Below, in pieces: positions 1 to 11,469 of a stretch of DNA of 64,000 nt. The notes beneath the pieces were generated by a model. The model saw only the letters and a list, made by a program, of their open reading frames with translations. It made no database searches and was not told the DNA's origin. Numbering within the stretch: the first letter of the stretch is position 1; every line of letters starts with the position of its first letter. This DNA is from Raja brachyura (taxonomy: Eukaryota): contig OY740785.1 of the NCBI GenBank assembly GCA_963514005.1, forward strand, positions 79,608,001-79,672,000, written 5' to 3'. Both the position numbers and the translations under genes were made by a program.

Positions 1-2793
1 CGGGACTCAGCGGTCGAGAAGCTGGAGAGGGAGATACAGGACGCTGAGTCTCGCCTGGGTCAGTTTGGTGAAGACTCCAGCGAATGGGGAGAGTTTCAGA
101 GGAAGAAGGAGGTTTTGAGGAGTCTGCTGCTTGAGCGATCTCGAGGCGCTTATGTGAGGTCTCGGGTCCAGATGCTGCACGAGCTGGACCGAGCGTCGCC
201 TTTCTTTTTCTCTTTGGAGAAGGGGCGGGGAGCTCGAAAACAGCTCGTGGAGTTGCTTGCAGATGACGGCTCCTCTGTCACTGATCCAGAGAGGATTAAT
301 GCCTTGGTTAGGTCCTTTTATGGGTCCCTGTTCTCTGCGGAAGGATTCAGTGTGGAGACTCAGCAAGATCTGTGGGAGGGTCTACCGACCGTAGATAGGG
401 GGGAGGCTGATCTTCTTGATGGCCCCTTATCTTTGGAGGAGTTGACTCGCGCCTTGATTCAGCTCAGGAGGGGTAAGTCCCCCGGGCTGGATGGGTTGAC
501 GGTGGAGTTTGTTAGAGCATTCTGGGACATCCTAGGGGGTGACTATATGTTGGTTCTGGGGGAGAGCCTGGCGACTGGAGTGATGCCTCTCTCGTGGCGT
601 AGGACGGTTGTTGTCTTGCTGCCTAAGAAGGGCGAACTCCGTTTGTTGAAGAACTGGCGTCCAGTCTCTCTCCTTTGCACAGAATATAAAATTTTTGCAC
701 GGGCAATGGCAAATCGCCTGGGCTCCGTGCTGCATCAAGTGATTCATCCTGATCAATCTTATACAGTCCCTGGCCGGTCCATCCAGGATAACATCCACCT
801 GGTTAGGGACCTGATTCATTTAGTCCAGGGTACTGGTGAGTCAGCTGCTTTTCTGTCTCTTGATCAGGAGAAGGCTTTTGATAGGGTAGAGCATGAATAC
901 CTATTTGGGACGTTGCAAGCGTTTGGGTTTGGACCACACTTCGTGGCCCGGGTCCGGCTTTTGTACGCTGCTGCGGAGTGTCTTGTAAAGGTTAATGGCG
1001 CGGTGCTATCTCCTTTTCATTTTGGGAGGGGGGTCCGCCAGGGGTGCCCTATGTCGGGCCAGTTGTATTCGGTCTGTGTGGAGCCGTTCCTGTGTCTTCT
1101 TCGGAGGAGGTTGACAGGCCTGGCCCTACCTGGGCCGCGGGTTGAGGTGATTCTATCGGCGTATGCCGATGACGTACTTCTTATGTTCACTGATCCTGGT
1201 GACCTGCGGAGGATGCGTGACTGCCAGGAGATATTCTCGGCTGCATCTTCTGCTAGGATTAACTGGAGTAAGTGCTCTGGACTTTTGGTGGGTCAGTGGC
1301 GGGTAGACTCCCTGCCGGAGGAGATGGCATTGTATGCGTGGAGTACCACGCACCTCCTCTATCTGGGGGTGTACCTGAGTCCCACTGAGGATGTTTGGCC
1401 GGCAAACTGGCAAGAGTTGGAGACGAAGGTGGTTGCTCGGCTGGGGCGCTGGTCAGGCCTGCTTGGAGTTCTCTCCTTTCGGGGGAGGGTGCTGGTCATA
1501 AACCAGCTGGTGGCCTCTATGTTATGGTACCGGCTGGCTACTCTTGTCCCGCCCTCTATATTTGTAACTGCTATACAGAAGAAGCTGGTGGATTTCTTTT
1601 GGGGAAATAGGAAGCATTGGATTTCCGCGGCGGTCCTGAGTCTTCCGTTAGAGGAGGGCGGCCAGTCCTTGGTGTGCGTGCGCACCCAGGTGGCGGCTCT
1701 CCGTCTCAGGACTCTGCGGAGATACATGTATGTAGAGAACCCTCCCAGATGGCACGCTCTGGCCACGTATTTTTTTCGTCAGGGTCGTTGCCTAAGGGGG
1801 GTCTCGCGGCTCCCGGTGGCGGGTGTCAGTCGACCCGCTCTAAGGGGCTTGCCTGTTTTCTATAGGGATGTGTTAAGAGTGAGGAATTTGGTGGTGTTCA
1901 GCCAGAGTGTTGTTCCACGAGGAGAGGGGGATGTTGTGGCTGCGGGTGTGGCTGGTCCTCATCCTGTCATGGTGGTTGTCGAGGAGAGGCGCGAGCCTAG
2001 AGTGGTTCAGATAGAGCTTACCCCTGCTCCGTCAGATCTGCTCATCGGGCCTAGGCTTCGGGATATTTCTCGGCCTCCGGCTCCGCATAATCTGAGCTGC
2101 CTTTCTGAGATGACCAGCATGCCATTTTGTGATGCAAGGAGACGCGCACTGTACAGGATGCTCCTGCACATTCTGAACCACCGTGCCTTCGTCTCCCGTC
2201 CTGACTCACCATGGAGGACGGTGTTACCATCCGAAGGCGGCGGGGGGCCCCAGTGGGGGTCCTTCTATAAGGGAGTTGTACCCCTTTATATTGGGGACCT
2301 GGGGTGGAGAGTGCTGCATGGAGCGGTGGTTTGTAATAAACTTTTGAGTCGGTTCACGGGCTCGTCTGCCGCATGTATTTTCTGCGGAGAGGAGGAGACC
2401 GTATTCCATGTGTATATGGAGTGTGTGAGGTTACTGCCCCTGTACCAATATCTGAAGGGGCTGTTCCTCAAGTTCTGGCTGCATTTTAGCCCCACAATCC
2501 TGGTGTTTGGACACAAGGCGGGGAGTGGGGAGAGCCGAGTGTGGGGGGGGGACTTACCTGTCGGTTTGCTCCTTGGCCTGGCCAAGATGGCCATTCGTGG
2601 GTCCAGGCAGCGGGCTGTCGACGGTCAGGCGAGAGTCGGCTGCCTGCCCCTCTTTCGGGCCTACGTCCGTGCACGTGTGTCCCTGGAGAGGGAACACGCG
2701 GTGTTCACGGGGACTCTGGAGGCCTTCCGTCAGCGCTGGTCGCCGCGTGGGGTTGAGGCGATTATAAATGAATGTACTGCTGTACTACAATGA
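1..2793 (+). CDS. Tx1-clade (L1 superfamily) non-LTR retrotransposon ORF2: reverse transcriptase + C-terminal CCHC zinc finger; 5' part lies outside the window
   Basis: Frame is open from base 1 to TGA at 2793. Motifs KSPGLDGL, NWRPVSLL, LSLDQEKAFDRVEH, GVRQGCPMSG, YADD, YLGV and CIFCGEEETVFHVYMEC. No stops or frameshifts. Confidence 0.93.
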   Translation, partial: RDSAVEKLEREIQDAESRLGQFGEDSSEWGEFQRKKEVLRSLLLERSRGAYVRSRVQMLHELDRASPFFFSLEKGRGARKQLVELLADDGSSVTDPERINALVRSFYGSLFSAEGFSVETQQDLWEGLPTVDRGEADLLDGPLSLEELTRALIQLRRGKSPGLDGLTVEFVRAFWDILGGDYMLVLGESLATGVMPLSWRRTVVVLLPKKGELRLLKNWRPVSLLCTEYKIFARAMANRLGSVLHQVIHPDQSYTVPGRSIQDNIHLVRDLIHLVQGTGESAAFLSLDQEKAFDRVEHEYLFGTLQAFGFGPHFVARVRLLYAAAECLVKVNGAVLSPFHFGRGVRQGCPMSGQLYSVCVEPFLCLLRRRLTGLALPGPRVEVILSAYADDVLLMFTDPGDLRRMRDCQEIFSAASSARINWSKCSGLLVGQWRVDSLPEEMALYAWSTTHLLYLGVYLSPTEDVWPANWQELETKVVARLGRWSGLLGVLSFRGRVLVINQLVASMLWYRLATLVPPSIFVTAIQKKLVDFFWGNRKHWISAAVLSLPLEEGGQSLVCVRTQVAALRLRTLRRYMYVENPPRWHALATYFFRQGRCLRGVSRLPVAGVSRPALRGLPVFYRDVLRVRNLVVFSQSVVPRGEGDVVAAGVAGPHPVMVVVEERREPRVVQIELTPAPSDLLIGPRLRDISRPPAPHNLSCLSEMTSMPFCDARRRALYRMLLHILNHRAFVSRPDSPWRTVLPSEGGGGPQWGSFYKGVVPLYIGDLGWRVLHGAVVCNKLLSRFTGSSAACIFCGEEETVFHVYMECVRLLPLYQYLKGLFLKFWLHFSPTILVFGHKAGSGESRVWGGDLPVGLLLGLAKMAIRGSRQRAVDGQARVGCLPLFRAYVRARVSLEREHAVFTGTLEAFRQRWSPRGVEAIINECTAVLQ

Positions 2794-2896
2794 TCTGTTC
2801 ATTATAGTGTGATTTTTGATTGTGTTTTGATGTGTTGTATTTTATGATTTGTGTTGAATAAAGTTTTTGAAATGAAAAAAAAAAAAAAAAAAAAAA
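1..2896 (+). mobile_element. Young Tx1-type LINE with 3' UTR, AATAAA and poly(A) tail
   Basis: Stop at 2793, T-rich UTR, aataaa at ~2858, A-tail at ~2875-2896, followed directly by a (GA)n/(GGGAGAGA)n tract. Confidence 0.9.
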
Positions 2897-2951
2897 GAGG
2901 GAGAGAGGGAGAGAGGGAGAGAGGGAGAGAGGGAGAGAGAGAGAGAGAGAG
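2897..2951. repeat. (GA)n / (GGGAGAGA)n microsatellite
   Basis: Read directly from the sequence. Confidence 0.95.
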
Positions 2952-3125
2952 GTGTCCATGGGGACTCTGGAGGCCTTCCGTCAACGCTGGTAACCGCGTG
3001 GGGTTGAGAGTATTGTAAACAATGTTGTACTACAATGATTTTTTTGATATAGTGTTATTTTGATTATGTTTTGATGTGCTGTATTATATGATTGTGTAGA
3101 ATAAAGTTTTTGAAAAGAAAAAAAA
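2952..3125 (+). mobile_element. 5'-truncated, diverged second copy of the same Tx1 3' end
   Basis: ggggactctggaggccttccgtca...gtactacaatga...aataaagtttttgaaa repeats 2709-2875 with substitutions and a premature stop; has its own A-tail. Confidence 0.88.
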
Positions 3126-3858
3126 GAGACAGTAACAGAGAGAGTGACAGAGTAACAGATACAGAAAGAAACAATGAGAATTGCAGCAGTGTGGCATTCT
3201 ATTTCTATTGAATTGCAGAGCTATTAACTAATTTGCAGGATGTTCATGTTATACAACCATTAACTCATTCACATTCATGTAGCAGAGAAACACATCTGCA
3301 GAATTGTAAATAATTGGTCTCTCCACGGCATTCAAGCTGCTTCAACAAGACCAGTTCAACAGGCAGCATAATTATGCCATTATCGAATAGACACTAAACT
3401 GTCAAATAGGGTTGTTTTTTTCAATCTGCCACAGTGGTGATGTTTACGCTTTGAATATTTTAGTTTGGAAGTAGTCTGGCAACGGTCATTTTAATTTGGA
3501 ATGCCTTTTACACCGACTTCTGCTGATGGCATTCAGTGCAAGTATAGCAGCATCATGCACATGAATACATCTTGCATTAAAATAAAAATATCACAAGGCT
3601 GGAGCCAAGGTCTGGCTCGCATCTGTGGAAGCAGTGGACAGATAACATTTCAGGTCAGGACGCTACCTCAGACTCCTGCATTGAAATACTTGTTTAAATC
3701 ATGTTTTCATATGAACAAAAACATTTTTTTTGCTATACCTCTAGAAATGTTCTTCCATGTTAAAGCATTACAGCAGTTATCTGCTTCAATTCATGAACTC
3801 AGTATTTTAGGGAAATATTGCAGAGATAACCTAGATGTAGAATGGACCTATTGTGCCA

Positions 3859-4508
3859 TTATCTGTTTCAGTTCTGAATCCCAATTATTCCAGATCCAAT
3901 AAGCCTTGTTTCACGTGCTTAAATGCTGCTCCATAAACCTAGTTCTATGATGGACTACTGCTATGGCAATGGAAACACTATCTTAGTCATAGGAACAGTA
4001 GTGCCAACCTTGAAAGAGCCACTACAACCCCCAGACTGAAGCCCAGGTGAAAGCCTACATGATTTCTCAATTCTGAGATACCAGCTCTTTCTCAGGTAGA
4101 ATTATCCATCCATTTCCTCGTGTGAAGGGGATATGGTAAGAGTGCTCTCATGCTATTACTGGAATTCTACTCTTAGGCCCTCAAACATTCAATTTCATGC
4201 CAGCTGAAATCTGTAATAAGAACCAAAGCTTTATCAGGAAAAGGCCATTGATCTCACAAAGACCACAATGGCCGATTTGCTCTCTAGGAGTAGGGCAAAC
4301 ATTTCAAGGCCTTGTCATTGTTGAATCACATGACATTACTCTGACATTCAGTATTATCACATGGTTTGAGTGATGATACTGACCATCCTATCCCTGCAAT
4401 TCAACACAACATGTTCATCATAGAACTAGGTTTATGGAGCAGCACTTAAGCAAATGAAACAAGGCTTATTGGATCTGGAATATTGGGATCAGGAACTGAA
4501 ACAGATAA
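3859..4508. repeat. Inverted repeat, ~95-bp arms (3859-3955 and 4413-4508) around a ~460-bp spacer; possibly an old MITE
   Basis: ccagatccaataagccttgtttca...tgctgctccataaacctagttctatgatg is the reverse complement of catcatagaactaggtttatggagcagca...tgaaacaaggcttattggatctgg. Confidence 0.85.
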
Positions 4509-5474
4509 CAGCAGTGATGCTTTAATTTATGCAGAGGGAAATGTCTGGCAGCACTACAAAAAGAAAATCATCTTTGATGTAAAATGCTATAATCAAAATT
4601 ATTGCTAGTTTTTGGGATACATACATGATTATTGCATTTGGTGCTGATCAATAAACAGAGGACATAGACAGATTTTAGGAGAAATGTTGTTAAGAGCAGA
4701 ACATGAGAATAAGGTAAGTGCAAATACCTTGCACATTTTATTGAGGATTAGAAGGATTTGCGAAGTGTGTCTCTAAACTATCCCCACATGATGTAAAGAA
4801 AGTATAAAGAAAATGGATGGTCAACAAAATTAAAAATATTAAATCAGAAATGAACCAATAGAAAGCAAAGAATTTTCTTATTGTGCCTCAGTGGATGAGG
4901 TACAATCTGTTGAGCTCGCCTCTGGCTTTGCAATCCTTTCCACCCATTTTTCCTTTGTACTTTGCATTCAAATAATGCACTTCCATACAAGATATGCTCA
5001 CTAATGAAGTTCAGCACTCACATGCAATTTCATCCATTTATGCAACCCGGCAAATTACATCTATGCCAACCACAGTGCTGAGAATCCAAAGCTCAAGAAA
5101 GCAAAGACACTAATATTAAAATAAACATTGGGATGTAGCTGTTAAGTTATAAAATGGAGGATTTAAAAGGCCCGACTCTGCGGGTAAGTCCAAACAGCAT
5201 GGGAGGTCACCGTTCTTCCCACGAGGTTGGATGAACAGTACAAACCTCCTAACTAGGATAGCTGTTCAATTACTGTACCAGGATGTTACGTTGCCTGACA
5301 TAGAGGACTTTATCTCTGCGGATAATTTGGACAGACAATGTTTGTTTTCTCTGAAACAATTGAGGCTGAGGGTTGTGACCTGATAAAGGTATACAAAGTT
5401 ATAAGATGCATAGATAGGGAAGAGAGTCCAAATCTTTTTGCAATGGTAGGGACATAAAAAAGTAAGAGGGCACA

Positions 5475-5885
5475 GGTCCCTGGATATTCGCTTGTTCTTG
5501 ATATCCTTATGCATTGTTTTAGGATTCTCCTTAATCTTACTTGCCAAGGACATTTCATGGCCTCTTTTTGCCCTCCCAATTTCTGCAAGTTCTGTCCTGT
5601 GATTACTCTATATTCCTCAAGAGACTCCTCAATTGTAGATGTTTTCCTTCTGATCAAGCCTTCAATAGCTTTTGTCATCCAAGGTTCCCTATTCTTGCCA
5701 GAACTGCCTTTCACTCTTACCAAGGCATGCTGACCCTGAACTCTAACTCTATTTGAAAAGATTCCCTCTTTACAGCTGTAGTTTTACCCATGAGTATCTG
5801 CTCCCAATCTACTCCCACTGAGTCCTCTCTTAAAATGAAGAGATTAGCCTTCCCAAATGCAGGACTTGAACCAATCTTATCCTTT
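5475..5885 (-). mobile_element. Decayed CR1 LINE ORF2 fragment
   Basis: Minus-strand peptides GKANLFILREDSVGVDWEQIL, REPWMTKAIEGLIRRK and LASKIKENPK resemble the CR1 endonuclease-RT linker. Confidence 0.7.
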
Positions 5886-6199
5886 TCCATAACCTCCACC
5901 AATCCTCCACCACTACAGCTCGCCTGGACATTTCCCTCTCTGCGACGCATCAGATCCAACCACACCACCATAAACCACAACTGTCGCTTTCCTCTCACTT
6001 ACCATCAATCCCAAAGGTCCTGCCAGTCCCGCTGCCCCCTCTAGGCCTGATCTAGCTTACTCAGTTGATCTTGCCTTCATTTCAGACATAATTGCAATTT
6101 CCCAGTTCTTTTTCACAATCCCAACATTATTTAATTGGAAACATCTTAGTCGCTTGCTAGGCCCCTGATGCCACAGCAGTAACCAAGTTCTACCAGACT

Positions 6200-6555
6200 C
6201 TGAGACTATCCCCAACATATTGTCCATCGGGCAGAAGATACAAGCACATATCGTCAGATTCAGGAGAAGCTTCTTCCCAGCTGTTATTAGGCCAGTGAAT
6301 GGTTCTCTCATATGGGTGTAGTACCACCTTTCCAACTACCTCGCTGTGGCCCTTGCACCCCTTTTTTATCCGCACTTTCTCTGTAACTGTAATTCCATAT
6401 TCTGCACTTTGTTTATTGTTCTCTTTGTACTGCCTTTCTTTGTACATGTGCATGGCCTCATTGTATTCATGTACAGTATGATATGACTGGATAGGATTTT
6501 AAACAAAGTTTTTCACTGGCTCTTGGTGTGCATGACAATAATAAATCAATACCAA
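6200..6555 (+). mobile_element. Rex1/Babar LINE 3' fragment (decayed)
   Basis: ccatcgggcagaagataca...agattcaggagaagcttcttcccagctgttattaggc encodes a PSGRRY..RFR.SFFPAVIR-like C-terminus; AT-rich UTR with aataaa. Confidence 0.65.
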
Positions 6556-7674
6556 TTCTCCTTCTCATCGTTATATCTCTGCTATTAATTGTTAGTGAAA
6601 TAGTGAAATTATTATTATTCACGCCTCTGTGGACATGTGCCATTTATTTTACAAATCCACCAATATTAACTGTTATTAGGGTGAATGAGGAGCTGGCTGG
6701 ATCAGGACAGCAACCTGGTGTGTAACTATTAGTGTAATTTGCCTTGGTCCATTTGCCACCTCAGCAAACACCCTGCAGTTGGAATTTACCTATTTAGTTT
6801 GCTTTGCACACTGTTTGTTTGTTCCTGGTACCTGAGTCTCCTAGTATGTTAAAATCAACCTCTGGATCTCATGAACTCAAAGGTAACCATGTGAAATATA
6901 TTAACAACCAATAACTCACATTGAACATTGGACTGTATAGTACATCTGTCCTCCTCTGTGAGTACTGTCAGATTCCAAGAGGTCTGGTGAAAGGAGAATA
7001 CAATACAGCAGTAGAAATACAGGACACAGGGGAAAATAAATAACAAGATGGCTTATTTTGTTTGTGAAGATTTATACTTCTTTAGCTATAGGGTAACTTT
7101 GCAGCTAGAATGTTATTGCCAATGTTTTCAGTTGGTTTAATAAACCGGATTTCCTTATAACGTAGGAGGAAGCCATTCTGCTTCCTATGTCTATGGTAGC
7201 TCTCAGATCAACTTCAATGCCCCATTCAATTTTCTCTGTACCTACTCTTCCTACATTCCCACCCCAATTACAGTTAGGCTCTTTATTGTGGCCAAGTAAC
7301 CCACCAATCAGCATGTTTGTGACCTGTGGGAGGAAATGGAAGCAGCCCGATGAAACCCATGCAGGAGAACACACAGACCAGTGAGCACCAGAGGTCAAGC
7401 TTGATCTCCAGTCATTGGAAGTTTTAAGCAGCAGCACGATCTGTTGTGCATCGTCCCACTGTGAAAAAAAGAAACGTCTGCCAACATTTTAATTTGAGTG
7501 AGCCTTGTTGAAAAATATCACCCTCTCTTTGATGTTTCACAGACACCTACGTTCAACTTCTTGCACCCATTGCCAAAGATAGTGTTGGGACTTGGAATAA
7601 AATTCCACTGAACTTGAATACAGCCCATTTTAATTTATAGTATCTATTCATAATTTATCACATCACTGCCATTT

Positions 7675-7974
7675 GATTTAAGTTTAGAGATACAGTGCGC
7701 AAACAGGCCGTAAGCCCCACCGAGTCAGTGCCGACCAGCGAATCCTGCACAATATCACTATCCTACACACACTAGGGACTATTTATAATTTGACCAACCC
7801 AAATAGCCTACAAATCTGTACGCCTTTGGAGTGTAAGAGGAAACTGGAGATCCCAGAGGAAATCCACACAGATCACGGGAGAGTGTACAAACTCCACAGC
7901 ACCTATAGTCAGGATCGAACTTAGGTCTCTGGCGCTCTAAGGCAGCAGCTCTACCGCTATGCCATCATGCTGCC
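7675..7974 (-). mobile_element. tRNA-derived V-SINE (HE1-like)
   Basis: Minus-strand head gggcagcatgatggcatagcggtagagctgctgcc...gttcgatcctgactatagg (A and B boxes), central gtttgtac..ctccccgtga, and a CR1-like tail. Confidence 0.75.
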
Positions 7975-9659
7975 CTTTTATAGGTTTGTACATGATAATA
8001 AAACTAGCTGACAGAGAGGTGAAAAACCTCACAAGTAGAAGGATGTCAGTGGATTCAGTACAGAAGTGGTAAAAATAATTCAATCTAGAAAATAAAATGT
8101 CATAATATACAATAGGGAAGTAGAAAAGGAACACATAATACTGTGGAGGATACTGACAGGTCAGGAGGAACATAACCATGATTCATGTAAAGGCTTCATG
8201 ACAGGCTGATTAAATAAAAACACATGGGATGCTTTACTTTGTCGGACAAGTCTTGTAATGCACGAATAGGGGGCTGATACAGTTTGGCAAACAGCATTAA
8301 ACAGGCTGTGGCTTGAATTTTAACTTTTACAGTAAATTTGCAATTGCAATGGACAGGGTACAGAGGGGATTAACAAGTAAAATGCAAGAACTAGAAACCA
8401 TTAGCTATCAGAAAAAAATAATAGGCTGAGGTTGTTTTATTTAGAAAAAAAGGCAGCGCAATGAAAATGTGTAGGCCGGGAAGGGGGTGGGGTAGGAGTT
8501 GGAGAACAAATTCCCTAAACAGAGGGTTAAAATGCAATGATTTAATGGAATTGTTGAAAGGACTATTGTAGGGATGAGGAAAATGTTTGCACCTAGAGGG
8601 TGCTGTTGGTTGAAAATATGCTGGAGGCAGAAAATCCTTACGACGTTTAAAAAGTATTATTTTGATGTGTTTGAAGAAGCACAACCTGCAGGGCAGTGGA
8701 CCAAGTGCCAGAAATAGGATTAGACTGTTGCTCTTTCTCAAACGACACTTACTGTATATGATTGGGTTTGATGGCTCTTGCAAAGACATATCTTTTCGAC
8801 AATGGGGTAAGATATCTACCAATGGCCAATATGTGTATGGGCCAGCAATTTTAATACCAAAAATTAATTCTGGACTTAAACTTTCTAGATGCAAGGAGCA
8901 ACTTAATAGCCCTAGGCAGCAGGGATGCATCATCGCTGGCAGCCTTCTGGGATTTTGCTTTGAATTGTTTTAGACTGCAATAGCAACGAGTTCCTGGTGT
9001 GAAGGACTACTGCTCTGTTCACAATCTATTGAAAGTTGACAATAAAAACATCCTTGAATAATGAAAAAAGGAATTATTTTATCAAAGCTGCAAGTGGAAA
9101 ATGCTGCAGAAGCTGGAGCTTTGAAGTAGAAACACAAAAACGGAAATATTCATACAGGGTGCATCAGCAAAACCAAGAAACTGGTTTTGCACAACTTGAT
9201 TGCTAAAAATCATGGAAGAGTAACAGAATTATTTGTTTTAAAAGATACAGCATGAAATCAGGCCTACCAAGTCCACACGCCTTCAATCACGATCAATCAC
9301 CCCTTCACACTAATTTTACGTTGTCCTATTTTCACATCCACTCCAAACACAGTAGGGGCAATTTACATACCAATTAACCTACAACCCTGCACATCTTTGG
9401 GATGTGGGAGGAACTGCCTTTCCAGCCTGCCTGCAGGCTCCGCCCGGCCCCGCCCACTGACCTCACAAAGCCTTTGCATCTGGCCCAACTGCTTCCTGGC
9501 CCCGCCCGGCCTGGCTCCCCCAGCCTACCAGGTTGTTGATTCCATTGAATTGAATTGAATTATTTCTCACTTAACATCACTAATTCTTAACATTAACTTT
9601 TAATTTCAAAGACAGTTTAAAAAAAATAAATTTGTTGTCTTCATTGACAGCTTAGATCG

Positions 9660-10344
9660 GACCCGCTGTGTGTGTGTGTGTGGTGAGGTGTCCTCCCCTG
9701 AATTCCATAGAGCTGCCGACAACTTTCGTGCATGAGACACGGACGCTTCATTTCCAGAACATTCTGAACGCGTGACGCACGGTTGCATTTCGCTCTCTGT
9801 CTCTCCCCTCTCTCTCCCCCCACCCTCTCTCTCTCTCCCCCACCCTCCATCCCCTAAACCGCCTTCCCCCCTCCACTCCATCCCCTCCCCACCCTCCCTT
9901 CCCCCCACCTCTCCCCCTCCCTTCCCGCCCTCTCCCCCCTTCCCTCTGCCTCTCTCCCTCTCTCCTCCCCTCTCTCTCTTCCCTCCCATCTCTCTCACCC
10001 CTCCTACCTCACCCTTCCCCCCTCACCCACCCTCCCTTTCCTCCTCCACTCCATTCTCCCTCTGTCTCTTGCCCTTCTGTCTCTGCCCATTTCTCTCTGT
10101 CTCTTCCCATTCTCTCCCTCCCTCTCTAGACGTGCCTGCGAGTTGAGGGCTATGTGTCAGTGGATAGGGCGGTTATGGGGTAACAGGAGCAAATTAATAA
10201 TATTAATATATCAAGGTAGTTAGCATGTGTGCGGGGAGGGAGGTAGTTAGTGTGTAGTGTGTGTGTGCGCCCCCCCCCCAGCTTCCCCTCTCCCCCGCAA
10301 CCACACGTTGGGGAACAGACACAATGAGCCTGCACTTGGTCTAG
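9660..10344 (+). mobile_element. Non-autonomous Helitron-like unit (5' boundary uncertain)
   Basis: Ends ...gggaacagacacaatgagcctgcacttggtCTAG|T, a degenerate form of the hairpin+CTAG terminus at 50822 and 54849. Internal C/T tract. Module 10125-10260 is homologous to 56180-56315 and 57170-57305 (opposite strand). Confidence 0.7.
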
Positions 10345-11255
10345 TATATTTTTAAAACTGTGTGTGTGTGTGTGGGTGTGTGTCATTTTGCCTTTGAAAC
10401 ATATTTTCTCAAAAACCAGACGCAAAAACGCAGAGATTGTTACATATTTTGTTAGCGATTTAACTTATGATTTCAGAAATCGACTCCTCTCTAAATTTGA
10501 TCAATTATTTCCCCAGATTTTTAATAAAGTTGTTTTTTTTAATCAAATCTCTGCGGCAGCTGCAGACGTCACAATGTCCTTGCTTGCAGCACCGCCCATT
10601 CCCCCCCCCCCCCATGCTCTTGATTAAAGCAGATGCTTACAATGTGCATCCCCGTTCTTTAAAAGGCTCAGAACGATCGAGAAGGTTATGCAGCAGACCC
10701 TACAGCTCAGCTCCGCTATAGGATTTTTGTTCTGCAGATCGCTCATGCACGCTGAAAAAGCTCTCCTCACTGCCGGTGCAGCTTGTGACGCCCCGCCCAT
10801 CCCGCCTGCCCGCTCATTCCAGCTGTGGGTTTCCGGAGAGTCAGAAGCCAGTGAGAGTCAGAGGCCCAATCGTCTACCCCCCCGGCCCAGCTCTGTCATA
10901 CTGGTGGGAGCGGAAGTCACGATCGGCTGGCCCCCCCCGCTGCTTTTCACCGTCCTCAGATCGCTCCATGCCTCGCTCACGTGGGCCCACGCTAGTTTAG
11001 CCCCGCCTCTCTCTCTCCCCCTCTCTCGCTCTCTCTCCCCTCTCTCTCTCTCTCTCCCCCCCTCTCTCTCCCTCACTCTCCCCTCCCCCTCTCTCTCTCC
11101 CCATCCCCCTCTCTCTCCCTCCTCCCCTCCCCGCTCTCTCTCCCCCCACTCTCTCTCCACCCCTCTCTCTCCTCTCCCCCCTCTCTCTCTCTCTCTCTCT
11201 CTCACTCTCTCTCTCTCTCTCTCTCCCTCCCGTCCCTCTCTCTCTCTCCCCCACA
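10345..11255 (+). mobile_element. Second Helitron-like unit fused head-to-tail, 3'-truncated
   Basis: Begins tatatttttaaaactgtgtg right after CTAG. 10400-10870 is the reverse complement of the modules at 55681-56140 and 56683-57100. Ends in a (CT)n tract. Confidence 0.65.
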
Positions 11256-11469
11256 GGAGACCCTGTATTAAATAGGAGTATAAATTGAAACAGGAAAACA
11301 AGAAAGATTTAGGAGTTTTGTTTGAATTAAATGGGAGAATCATACAAGGTTTCTTACTGATGTAATTAGGCAGAGAATTGACAAGATGGCATTAAGCTCA
11401 ATATCTGCAGATTTTCAACTCAATCGCAGTCCATCTCTCTCACTGCTCCTTCCCTCCGACTAAAAATCT

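Noticed and set aside
3501-3902. 133-aa ORF
   Set aside because: No recognisable motif, AT-rich composition, and it runs into the inverted-repeat arm; likely chance.
8391-8973. 180-aa and 103-aa ORFs as host genes
   Set aside because: They overlap a decayed CR1-like 3' region; no domain or splice support.
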